Below are positions 24,901 to 36,552 of a stretch of DNA of 64,000 bases, piece after piece (position 1 is the stretch's first letter; each line of letters opens with the position of its first letter). Below the pieces are notes generated by a model. It did no database searches. It was given only the letters and a program-made list of their open reading frames with translations, and was not told the origin of the DNA. This DNA is from Heterodontus francisci (Eukaryota), in assembly GCF_036365525.1 (NCBI RefSeq), contig NW_027140453.1:1240001-1304000 (forward strand). Reading direction: 5' to 3'. The position numbers were made by a program, and so were the translations under genes.

Positions 24901-27900
24901 GTCTGAATGCCCTCCTCCTGTTCCTGTGTAACAGACTGGAGAGCAGCTGAATGTCCTCCTCCTGTTCCTGTGTAGCAGACTGGAGAGGGGCTGAATGTCC
25001 TCCTCCTGTTCCTGTGTAACAGACTGGAGAGGGACTGAATGTCCTCCTCCTGTTCCTTTGTAACAGACTGGAGAGGGGCTGAATCTCCTCCAGCTGTTCC
25101 TGTGAAGCATACAGGAGAGGGGCTGAATGACCTCCTCCTGTTCCTGTGTAACAGACTGGTGAGGGGCTGAATGTCCTCCTCGTGTTGCTGTGTAACAGAC
25201 TGGCGAGGGGCTGAATGTCTTCCTCCTGTTCCTGTGTAACAGACTGGAGAGCGGCTGAATGTCCTCCTCCTGTTCCTGTGTAACAGACTGGAGAGGGGCT
25301 GAATGTCCTCCAGCTGTTCCTGTGAAGCAGACAGGAGAGGGTCTGAATGTCCTCCTCCTGTTCCTGTGTAACAGACTGGTGAGGGGCTGAATGTCCTCCT
25401 CGTGTTCCTGTGTAACAGACTGGCGAGGTGCTGAATGTCTTCATCCTGTTCCTGTGTAACAGACTGGAGAGCGGCTGAATGTCCTCCTCCTGTTCCTGTG
25501 TAATAGACTGGAGAGGGGCTGAATGTCCTCCTCCTGTTGCTGTGTAACAGACTGGCGAGGGGCTGAATGTCCTCCTCCTGTTCCTGAGTAACAGACTGGA
25601 GAGGGGCTGAATGTCCTCCTCGTGCTACTGTCTAACAGACTGGAGAGGGGCTGAATGTCCTCCTCCTGTTCCTGTATAACAGGCTCCAGAGGGGCTGAAT
25701 GTCCTCCTCCTGCTCCAGTCTACAGACTGGAGAGTGACTGAATGTCCTCCTCGTGTTCCTATGTAACAGACTGGAGAGGGGCTGAATGTCCTCCTCCTGC
25801 TCCTGTCCAACAGACTCGAGAGTGGCTGAATGTCCTCCTCCTGTTCCAGTGTAACAGACTCGAGAGGGGCTGAATGTCTTCCTCCTCTTCCTGTGTAACA
25901 GACTGGAGAGGGGCTGAATGTCCTCCTCCTGTTCCTATGTAACAGACTGGAGAGGGGCTGAATGTCCTCCTCCTGTTCCTGTATAACAGGCTCCAGAGGG
26001 GCGGAATGTCCTCCTCCTGCTCCTGTCCAACAGACTCGAGAGTGGCTGAATGTCCTCCTCCTGTTCCAGTGTAACAAACACGAGAGGGGCTGAATGTCTT
26101 CCTCCTCTTCCTGTGTAACAGACTGGAGAGGGGCTGAATGTCCTCCTCCTGTTTTTGTGTAACAGACTGGAGAGGGACTGAATGTCCTCCTCCTGTTCCT
26201 GTGTAACAGACTAGAGAGGTGCTGAATGTCCTCCTCCTGTTCCTGTGTAACAGACTGGAGATGGGCTGAATGTCCTCCTCCTGTTCCCGTGTAGCAGACA
26301 GGAGAGGGGCTGAATGTTACCCTCCTGTTCAAATGTAACAGACTGGAGAGGGGCTGAATGTCCTCCTCCTGTTCCTGTGTTTCAGACTGGAGAGGGGCTG
26401 AATGTCCTCCTCCTGTTCATATGTAACATTCTGGAGAGGGGCTGAATGTCCTCCTCCTGTTCCTGTGTAGCAGACTGGAGACGGGCTGAATGTCCTCCTC
26501 CTGTTCCTGTGTTACAGACTGGAGAGGGGCTGAATGTCCTCCTCCTGTTCCTGTGTAACAGACTGGAGAGGGGCTGAATGTCCTCCTCCTGTTCCTGAGT
26601 AACAGACTGGAGAGGGGCTGAATGTCCTCCTCCTGTTCCTGTGTAACAGACTGGAGAGGGGCTGAATGTCCTCCTCCTGTTCCTGTGTAACAGACTGGAG
26701 AGGGGCTGAATCTCCTCCAGCTGTTCCTGTGAAGCAGACAGAAGAGGGGCTGAATGACCTCCTCCTGTTCCTGTGTAACAGACTAGTGAGGGGCTGAATG
26801 TCCTCCTCGTGTTCCTGTGTAACAGACTGGCGAGGGGCTGAATGTCTTCCTACTGTTCCTGTGTAACAGACTGGAGAGCGGCTGAATGTCCTCCTCCTGT
26901 TCCTGTGTAATAGACTGGAGAGGGGCTGAATGTCCTCCTCCTGTTGCTGTGTAACAGACTGGCGAGGGTCTGAATGCCCTCCTACTGTTCATGTGTAACA
27001 GACTGGAGAGCAGCTGAATGTCCTCCTCCTGTTCCTGTGTAGCAGACTGGAGAGGGGCTGAATGTCCTCCTCCTGTTCATATGTAACATACTGGAGAGGG
27101 GCTGAATGTCCTCCTCCTGTTCCTGTGTAGCAGACTGGAGACGGGCTGAATGTCCTCCTCCTGTTCCTGTGTTACAGACTGGAGAGGGGCTGAATGTCCT
27201 CCTCCTGTTCCTGTGGAACAGACTGGAGCGGGGCTGAATGTCCTCCTCCTGTTCCTGAGTAACAGACTGGAGAGGGGCCGAATGTCCTCCTCCTGTTCCT
27301 GTGTAACAGACTGGAGAGGGGCTGAATGTCCTCCTCCTGTTCCTGTGTAACAGACTGGAGAGGGGCTGAATCTCCTCCAACTGTTCCTGTGAAGCAGCCA
27401 GAAGAGGGGCTGAATGACCTCCTCCTGTTCCTGTGTAACAGACTAGTGAGGGGCTGAATGTCCTCCTCGTGTTCCTGTGTAACAGACTGGCGAGGGGCTG
27501 AATGTCTTCCGACTGTTCCTGTGTAACAGACTGGAGAGCGGCTGAATGTCCTCCTCCTGTTCCTGTGTAATAGACTGGAGAGGGGCTGAATGTCCTCCTC
27601 CTGTTGCTGTGTAACAGACTGGCGAGGGTCTGAATGCCCTCCTCCTGTTCCTGTGTAACAGACTGGAGAGCAGCTGAATGTCCTCCTCCTGTTCCTGTGT
27701 AGCAGACTGGAGAGGGGCTGAATGTCCTCCTCCTGTTCCTGTGTAACAGACTGGAGAGGGACTGAATGTCCTCCTCCTGTTCCTTTGTAACAGACTGGAG
27801 AGGGGCTGAATCTCCTCCAGCTGTTCCTGTGAAGCATACAGGAGAGGGGCTGAATGACCTCCTCCTGTTCCTGTGTAACAGACTGGTGAGGGGCTGAATG

Positions 27901-30900
27901 TCCTCCTCGTGTTGCTGTGTAACAGACTGGCGAGGGGCTGAATGTCTTCCTCCTGTTCCTGTGTAACAGACTGGAGAGCGGCTGAATGTCCTCCTCCTGT
28001 TCCTGTGTAACAGACTGGAGAGGGGCTGAATGTCCTCCAGCTGTTCCTGTGAAGCAGACAGGAGAGGGTCTGAATGTCCTCCTCCTGTTCCTGTGTAACA
28101 GACTGGTGAGGGGCAGAATGTCCTCCTCGTGTTCCTGTGTAACAGACTGGCGAGGTGCTGAATGTCTTCATCCTGTTCCTGTGTAACAGACTGGAGAGCG
28201 GCTGAATGTCCTCCTCCTGTTCCTGTGTAATAGACTGGAGAGGGGCTGAATGTCCTCCTCCTGTTGCTGTGTAACAGACTGGCGAGGGGCTGAATGTCCT
28301 CCTCCTGTTCCTGAGTAACAGACTGGAGAGGGGCTGAATGTCCTCCTCGTGCTACTGTCTAACAGACTGGAGAGGGGCTGAATGTCCTCCTCCTGTTCCT
28401 GTATAACAGGCTCCAGAGGGGCTGAATGTCCTCCTCCTGCTCCAGTCTACAGACTGGAGAGTGACTGAATGTCCTCCTCCTGTTCCAGTGTAACAGACTG
28501 GAGAGGGTCTGAATGTCTTCCTCCTCTTCCCGTGTAACAGACTGGAGAGGGGCTGAATGTCCTCCTCCTGATCCAATGTAACAGACTGGAGAGGGGCTGA
28601 ATGTCCTCCTCCTGCTCCTGTCCAACAGACTGGAGAGGGGCTGAATGTCCTCCTCCTGTGCCTGTACAACAGGGTCCAGAGGGGCTGAATGTCCTCCTCC
28701 TGCTCCTGTCTAACAGACTCGAGAGTGGCTGAATGTCCTCCTCCTCTTCCTGTGTAACAGACTGGAGAGGGGCTGAATGTCCTCCTCCTGTTCCTATGTA
28801 ACAGACTCGAGAGGGGCTGAATGTCCTCCTCCTGCTCCTGTGTAACAGACTCGAGTGGGGCTGAATGTCCTCCTCCTACTCCTGTCTAACAGACTGGAGA
28901 GGGGCTGAATGTCCTCCTCCTGCTCATGCCTAACAGACTGGAGAGGTGCTGAATGTCCTCTTCCTGTTCCTGTATAACAGGCTCCAGAGGGGCTGAATGT
29001 CCTCCTCCTGCTCCTGTCTAACAGACTCGAGAGTGGCTGAATGTCCTCCTCCTGTTCCAGTGTAACAGACTCGAGAGGGGCTGAATGTCTTCCTCCGCTT
29101 CCTGTGTAACAGACTGGAGAGGGGCTGAATGTCCTCCTCCTGTTCCTATGTAACAGACTGGAGAGGGGCTGAATGTCCTCCTCCTGCTCCTGTCTAACAG
29201 ACTGGAGAGGGGCTGAATGTCCTCCTCCTGTTCCTGTAGAACAGGCTCCAGAGGGGCTGAATGTCCTCCTCCTGCTCCTGTCCAACAGACTCGAGAGTGG
29301 CTGAATGTCCTCCTCCTGTTCCAGTGTAACAGACTCGAGAGGGGCTGAATGTCTGCCTCCTCTTCCTGTGTAACAGACTGGAGAGGGGCTGAATGTCCTC
29401 CTCCTGTTCCTATGTAACAGACTGGAGAGGGGCTGAATGTCCTCCTCCTGCTCCTGTCCAACAGACCCGAGAGTGGCTGAATGTCCTCCTCCTGTTCCAG
29501 TGTAACAGACTCGAGAGGGGCTGAATGTCTTCCTCCTCTTCCTGTGTAACAGACTGGAGAGGGGCTGAATGTCCTCCTCCTGTTCCTATGTAACAGACTG
29601 GAGAGGGGCTGAATGTCCTCCTCCTGTTCCTGTATAACAGGCTCCAGAGGGGCGGAATGTCCTCCTCCTGCTCCTGTCCAACAGACTCGAGAGTGGCTGA
29701 ATGTCCTCCTCCTGTTCCAGTGTAACAAACACGAGAGGGGCTGAATGTCTTCCTCCTCTTCCTGTGTAACAGACTGGAGAGGGGCTGAATGTCCTCCTCC
29801 TGTTTTTGTGTAACAGACTGGAGAGGGACTGAATGTCCTCCTCCTGTTCCTGTGTAACAGACTAGAGAGGTGCTGAATGTCCTCCTCCTGTTCCTGTGTA
29901 ACAGACTGGAGATGGGCTGAATGTCCTCCTCCTGTTCCCGTGTAGCAGACAGGAGAGGGGCTGAATGTTACCCTCCTGTTCAAATGTAACAGACTGGAGA
30001 GGGGCTGAATGTCCTCCTCCTGTTCCTGTGTTTCAGACTGGAGAGGGGCTGAATGTCCTCCTCCTGTTCATATGTAACATACTGGAGAGGGGCTGAATGT
30101 CCTCCTCCTGTTCCTGTGTAGCAGACTGGAGACGGGCTGAATGTCCTCCTCCTGTTCCTGTGTAACAGACTGGAGAGGGGCTGAATGTCCTCCTCCTGTT
30201 CCTGTGTAACAGACTGGAGAGGGGCTGAATCTCCTCCAGCTGTTCCTGTGAAGCAGACAGAAGAGGGGCTGAATGACCTCCTCCTGTTCCTGTGTAACAG
30301 ACTAGTGAGGGGCTGAATGTCCTCCTCGTGTTCCTGTGTAACAGACTGGCGAGGGGCAGAATGTCTTCCTACTGTTCCTGTGTAACAGACTGGAGAGCGG
30401 CTGAATGTCCTCCTCCTGTTCCTGTGTAATAGACTGGAGAGGGGCTGAATGTCCTCCTCCTGTTGCTGTGTAACAGACTGGCGAGGGTCTGAATGCCCTC
30501 CTCCTGTTCCTGTGTAACAGACTGGAGAGCAGCTGAATGTCCTCCTCCTGTTCCTGTGTAGCAGACTGGAGAGGGGCTGAATGTCCTCCTCCTGTTCATA
30601 TGTAACATACTGGAGAGGGGCTGAATGTCCTCCTCCTGTTCCTGTGTAGCAGACTGGAGACGGGCTGAATGTCCTCCTCCTGTTCCTGTGTTACAGACTG
30701 GAGAGGGGCTGAATGTCCTCCTCCTGTTCCTGTGTAACAGACTGGAGCGGGGCTGAATGTCCTCCTCCTGTTCCTGAGTAACAGACTGGAGAGGGGCCGA
30801 ATGTCCTCCTCCTGTTCCTGTGTAACAGACTGGAGAGGGGCTGAATGTCCTCCTCCTGTTCCTGTGTAACAGACTGGAGAGGGGCTGAATCTCCTCCAAC

Positions 30901-32262
30901 TGTTCCTGTGAAGCAGACAGAAGAGGGGCTGAATGACCTCCTCCTGTTCCTGTGTAACAGACTAGTGAGGGGCTGAATGTCCTCCTCGTGTTCCTGTGTA
31001 ACAGACTGGCGAGGGGCTGAATGTCTTCCGACTGTTCCTGTGTAACAGACTGGAGAGCGGCTGAATGTCCTCCTCCTGTTCCTGTGTAATAGACTGGAGA
31101 GGGGCTGAATGTCCTCCTCCTGTTGCTGTGTAACAGACTGGCGAGTGTCTGAATGCCCTCCTCCTGTTCCTGTGTAACAGACTGGAGAGCAGCTGAATGT
31201 CCTCCTCCTGTTCCTGTGTAGCAGACTGGAGAGGGGCTGAATGTCCTCCTCCTGTTCCTGTGTAACAGACTGGAGAGGGACTGAATGTCCTCCTCCTGTT
31301 CCTTTGTAACAGACTGGAGAGGGGCTGAATCTCCTCCAGCTGTTCCTGTGAAGCAGACAGGAGAGGGGCTGAATGACCTCCTCCTGTTCCTGTGTAACAG
31401 ACTGGTGAGGGGCTGAATGTCCTCCTCGTGTTGCTGTGTAACAGACTGGCGAGGGGCTGAATGTCTTCCTCCTGTTCCTGTGTAACAGACTGGAGAGCGG
31501 CTGAATGTCCTCCTCCTGTTCCTGTGTAACAGACTGGAGAGGGGCTGAATGTCCTCCAGCTGTTCCTGTGAAGCAGACAGGAGAGGGTCTGAATGTCCTC
31601 CTCCTGTTCCTGTGTAACAGACTGGTGAGGGGCTGAATGTCCTCCTCGTGTTCCTGTGTAACAGACTGGCGAGGTGCTGAATGTCTTCATCCTGTTCCTG
31701 TGTAACAGACTGGAGAGCGGCTGAATGTCCTCCTCCTGTTCCTGTGTAATAGACTGGAGAGGGGCTGAATGTCCTCCTCCTGTTGCTGTGTAACAGACTG
31801 GCGAGGGGCTGAATGTCCTCCTCCTGTTCCTGAGTAACAGACTGGAGAGGGGCTGAATGTCCTCCTCCTGTTCCTGTGTAACAGATTGGAGAGGGGCTGA
31901 ATGTCCTCCAGCTGTTCCTGTGTAACAGGCTGGAGAGGGGCTGAATGTCCTCCTCCTGTTCCTGTGTAGCAGACTGGAGAGAGGCTGAATGTCCTCCAGC
32001 TGTTCCTGTGAAGCAGACAGGAGAGGGGCTGAATGTCCTCCTCCTGTTCCTGTGTAACAGACTGGTGAGGGGCTGAATGTCCTCCTCGTGTTCCTGTGTA
32101 ACAGACTGGCGAGGGGCTGAATGTCTTCCTCCTGTTCCTGTGTAACAGACTGGAGAGGGGTTTGAATTGGCCTTCTCTTGTTCTTGTGTAACAGACTGGA
32201 GAGGGGCTGAATGTTCTCCTCCTGTTCCTGTTTAATAGACTGGAGAGGGGCTGAATGTCCTC
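18924..32262. repeat. 44-bp tandem satellite, about 300 copies, with higher-order repeats
   Basis: Unit AACAGACTGGAGAGGGGCTGAATGTCCTCCTCCTGTTCCTGTGT. Variant blocks recur at offsets of 923, 2727 and 6378 bp in the ORF track. Confidence 0.98.
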
Positions 32263-32376
32263 TAATTGTGCTCCAAATGTCTAACTAAATTTCAGCACCT
32301 CAGTCTCAACTGCCGTCACCAGGTGAAGACCTCGGGAGCACTTCAAGTGGCGGCGACATGTAAGTTTTGCGTTCCT

Positions 32377-32456
32377 ATTTTTTGTGTGAGTGTCTATCAC
32401 TGTGGGAACAGCAGGGACACGGTGATAAAATCCAATGCAACCTCCGTACAAAAACC
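32377..32456 (+). other. TRBD: TRBD1 (32405-32417, GGAACAGCAGGGA) with 5' 12-RSS and 3' 23-RSS
   Basis: ATTTTTTGT-12-CACTGTG | D | CACGGTG-23-ACAAAAACC. Confidence 0.95.
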
Positions 32457-32799
32457 TCGCTCTACACACCTGGTGGAGGATCAGCAGAAGAGCAGTGACA
32501 ACAGAGTAAACGAGTCAACATGGCCCTGGATTATAACGGGAACTGGGCCCTTTTCATCTTAAAGATGTCTCAGAGTGGTCCAGCCTGAAAACCTAGAACA
32601 ATCCTGAGGAAAAGAGAAGAACTGTGTGTCATTTGTGTGGAAATGTGATTACATTTGTGTGGACGACGCTGGCCCTTCTTTCTGGTTTGCAAAGACCAGT
32701 CCAATATGACCCTGGCCTGTGAACCACCCCGCCCTGTCTCGTTCAGTTACAAGGGGAACATCTCCCGGGTCTGTTCATGACTGAGTTTGGAGCATCGTG

Positions 32800-32847
32800 C
32801 AAAAGACATAGCTTACTTCGGCGATGGGACCAAGTTGACAGTGTTGG
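32800..32847 (+). CDS. TRBJ: J segment KDIAYFGDGTKLTVL (cluster 1)
   Basis: TGTTCATGA-12-CATCGTG; FGXG; donor GTAAGG. Confidence 0.85.
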
Positions 32848-33481
32848 GTAAGGTGACTCTGTATTTCTGTTCCTCCTATCGATCAGAATCTATATCTAGT
32901 TTAAAAATCACCAGGAGTAATGTTCAGATATTAGATACATTAAAGGGTTAACTCATGAGGACTGGTTACTCAGACTAAGCTGACAGTCCCTCGAATATAG
33001 AACATTAAGGGCTGATATAATGGAGGGGTTTGAGGTGTTGGATAGATAGAGAGAGAAGCTGCTTTCTCAGGTTGGGGCGTGTCCAGAACAATTTAAATTA
33101 TCACCTTTCAGGGGTGATATCAGGAAGCACTTCTTCACACAAAGGGTAGTGGAAATCAGGAACTCTCTCCCCCCTCCTTCCCTCCCCAAAACAATCAGTT
33201 GAGACTGGGGTTCAATTGATAAATTCAAATCCAAGATTGATCGACCTGTGTAAAACAAAAGTATTGAGGGTTGCAGAACCAAGGAGGGATGATGGAGTTA
33301 AGAGTCAGATCAACCCTGAACTAACTGAATGGTGGAACAGGCTCGAAGGGCTGAATGGCCACCTCCTGTCCCCATGTTCCTGCGACCTTTACGGTCATTT
33401 ACATAATAGGAACTTCAATGGAACAGACTTAACAATCTAAGGGGATTGAAGGGGATTTTGTGACAGCCCCATACCAGTGTG

Positions 33482-33531
33482 CTCCAATACCGAAGCATAT
33501 TTTGGAGATGGGACCAAACTGGTGGTTTTAG
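33482..33531 (+). CDS. TRBJ: J segment SNTEAYFGDGTKLVVL (cluster 1)
   Basis: GGATTTTGT-13-CAGTGTG; donor GTGAGT. Confidence 0.92.
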
Positions 33532-35036
33532 GTGAGTGAATGCATTCCTAATACTGGAAAAGTTGATTCAATTTGGGAATTCACGTGAGGTGGTCGAGGG
33601 GGTGAAAATATAGAAATTTGGTGAATTAATTACAATTCTTCAGCTTACAAATGGAGACCTACAACTGCCGAATTCGTTTCACTGTAGGGAAGGGGTTTGA
33701 GTGGATACATAAGGGAGGGTCTCTAAAATAAACAGAACAAACAGCAATGTAGATACAAATAGAATGATTGCGCTTGTAAGAGAAGAACAAGAGGACACAG
33801 ACATAGAACGAAAAATGTCAGATTGCATCGTTCAGTATGCAGTTCTGGTCTGCATATTATAAAAGAAATGATGTAGAGGCTCTGGATAAGGTAAGTCAAT
33901 ACAGATTAACAGCTGTGCTGCCCAAACTGTTATAACTATTGGGGAAGGTCGGACAGACTGGGACTCCGTTCTCGAGAGCAGTGAAGTTTGAGGGGTGACC
34001 TGGTAGAGGTCTGTACGATTTTGAAAGGGGTTTCGATCGGGTAGACACACCGAAGTTTTTTCCACTTGTGGGGAGACCAGAACGGGGAGAGCATAAATGT
34101 CAGACAGTCAGTAATAAATTCAATAGGGAATTCAGGAGAAATTTCTTTACCCAGACAGTGGTGCGAATGTGGAACTCAATACTACAAGGAGTGGGTTTAA
34201 AAAAGTAGATTGGATAAAAAAAAATTGAATTGAACGAAGGGGATGAGAGGAATCTCAAGTGGAGTGTAAACACTGGCATGGAGCAGATGGGCTGAATGGC
34301 CTGTTTGTGTGTTGTAAATTCTGTATAATTCTATCTATTCCCTCTTAACCTCGAGCGGCAATGAATGAAACCGTTTTGAGACCCAGTATTTTCAAGTTAC
34401 TAATCGAACTGGTGGGCTACCCATATCCAGTGGACAATGAGGTGTCAAGGGCCCCATGACCTTTCCTCATTCACCCAGGATAATAACGGAATTGAAAGAG
34501 TTTAATTTATGACGATGTGTTGTTTAAAGTAGGATTGCAGTAAATTGAGAATTTGAGATTCAGGGGTGATCCAATTGATGTGTTTAAGATAATGGTAGGA
34601 TCTGATATTTCCTCTGGTGTGATGGGTCCAGAACAAGAGAGCAAAATCATACACTGATAGCTAGACCATTCAGGAGTGATGTCAAGAAGGACTTGTTTCC
34701 AAAATGCCCCGTGGAATCCAGAAATCTCTCCCACAGAAAGCTGAGGGGTCAACTGAAAATTTCAAATGTGTGGTTGATTATTTTTTGATCGGCAAAGATG
34801 CTAATGGTTATGGAACCAAGAAGGCAGGTCGATGGGGTTATGGTACAAATAATTTATAATCTAATTAAATGTCGGAATAAGCACGAAGGGCTGAATGGTC
34901 AACTCCTGTTCCCCAGTTGCTATGTTCCTATGGACAAATTTTCCTTATACTTGTCGGTTCTCCCTTATTATGAGGGGCTACTTCGGGAAAGGGCTCAAAG
35001 ACAGGTGATGTTTTAATACATGAGTTTATCATTGTG

Positions 35037-35086
35037 CTCTGGTGACATTTATTATTTCGGAGCTGGGACTAAACTCACTGTTTTAG
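35037..35086 (+). CDS. TRBJ: J segment SGDIYYFGAGTKLTVL (cluster 1)
   Basis: TGTTTTAAT-12-CATTGTG; donor GTAAGA. Confidence 0.92.
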
Positions 35087-35139
35087 GTAAGATTATGTTT
35101 GCACATGTATATATTTATCTATGTAAATACATCTTTTCA

Positions 35140-35265
35140 TCTGTAAGTCTATCTATTTATCTATCTATCTATCAATGTACCTATCTATTTGTTGGACTGT
35201 GGATCCATCTGTCTGTCTGTTTGTCCACCTATCTATCTATTTGTTTGTCTAGACATCTGTCTACC
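35140..35265. repeat. Degenerate (TCTA/TCTG)n microsatellite
   Basis: TCTATCTATTTATCTATCTATCTATC and similar runs. Confidence 0.7.
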
Positions 35266-35301
35266 CATCGTTGTATTTTGGTATTGTTGTTTAGTGCAGT
35301 G

Positions 35302-35358
35302 CGGGCGGGTATACCAACCTGCTACATTTTGGGGACGTGTCCACGTTGACGATTTTGG
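35302..35358 (+). pseudogene. TRBJ: Non-canonical J (open) GGYTNLLHFGDVSTLTIL
   Basis: TATTTTGGT-12-TGCAGTG; FGDV in place of FGXG; donor GTGAGT. Confidence 0.75.
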
Positions 35359-35702
35359 GTGAGTTCAGTTTCTTTGTTTTCAGTGAAGCAAGGGTCACCT
35401 GTAAACATCTTGCAAGAAGGATTGAATGAATAATTGTGAGGGACTTAGAGAAAATCTCCTATTGTCAGGATTGCCACGGTGGATAACTGATGAACGGGTC
35501 CACATATAGACGGGGCAGACAGTCTTGGGAATTCTGTTAGTTATAACTGCAAACTGCCTGGTTAGTCCACGAGTTTACATTAACTTACAGTTAGCTTGCG
35601 TTAACCAGAGGCCACTATCAAATATTAAGGAATGGCCCAGTGAGTTTCTTTTCTTCCAGAAGAGAGTTGGGGAATGTTTTTGTGATGTGAGGTGATGATG
35701 TG

Positions 35703-35760
35703 GGAGCAGGGAGTATTCAACCTATGTATTTTGGAGATGGCACTAAATTAACTGTCCAGG
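35703..35760 (+). CDS. TRBJ: J segment GAGSIQPMYFGDGTKLTVQ (cluster 1)
   Basis: TGTTTTTGT-12-TGATGTG; donor GTAAGT. Confidence 0.9.
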
Positions 35761-36500
35761 GTAAGTGAGATGTTAGTCAAAATACGTCTCTTACTAGCAT
35801 TGAAAACGTCGACTAGTTTACTCTCTTCAATTTAAAGAAAGGCGAGAGAATGTGAAAACAGGCAAAAGAGTAAGCATTGCATTGAAGAAGCAAGAATGTA
35901 AATAGCTAAATGTAGGAGATTGGAGGAGGGCTGGTGAGAGAGGAATTTGCAACCAGAGATCATGGCTGATCTGATGTTGGCCTCGATCCCTCTTTCCTAC
36001 CTGTTCTCCATAATCCTTGGCTCCGCTCTCTATCTCAGTTTGAATGCATTCACGGGCTCAGTCTCCACAGCGCTCTGGAGGAGGGAATTCCAAAGATTCA
36101 CGACTCCCTGATGGAAGACATTCCTTCTCCACTCCGTCCTAAATGAGCGACCCCTCATTCTGAAACTGTGCCCTTTAATTCTACATGGGAACATTCTCTC
36201 AGCCTTTACCCTGTCAAGCGCCCTCAGAATCTTAGAATTTCCCAGAAGATCATCTCCCATTCTTCTTAACTCCAGATGGAGAGCAAACAGCAGACAAAAC
36301 TGGAGGGAGATGGGAAATTAGATTTAAAACAGTGAAAAAGAGACAGAGACAAGGAGATCAATTGTAACAGAATATAAGATAAAGAGCAATAGGGTGGAAT
36401 AATGAATATAACACAAGGCAAAATGTTCCAACTATGTTCATTAACTATTGTGTATCGAGTTGAAGAAACGTGAGTTCTGATACAAAAGTGTAACATTGCG

Positions 36501-36552
36501 TCAGGCAACGATGGTTATACTTTTGGGGGTAATTCAAAACTCATGGTTTTAG
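36501..36552 (+). pseudogene. TRBJ: Probable pseudo-J SGNDGYTFGGNSKLMVL
   Basis: Heptamer CATTGCG breaks the invariant GTG; FGGN motif; paralogue of 46072. Confidence 0.8.

Noticed and set aside
18966-31690. Many 100-325 aa minus-strand ORFs (QEQEEDIQPLSSLLHRNRRRTFSPSPVCYTGTGGGHSAPLQSVT repeats)
   Set aside because: They are an artefact of a 44-bp unit that has no stop codon on the minus strand. The same peptide cycles through all three frames and there are no gene signals.
18924-32262. CRISPR array or Ig switch region interpretation of the satellite
   Set aside because: There are no unique spacers and the context is eukaryotic. AGCT motifs are rare, and the array lies upstream of D rather than in a J-C intron.
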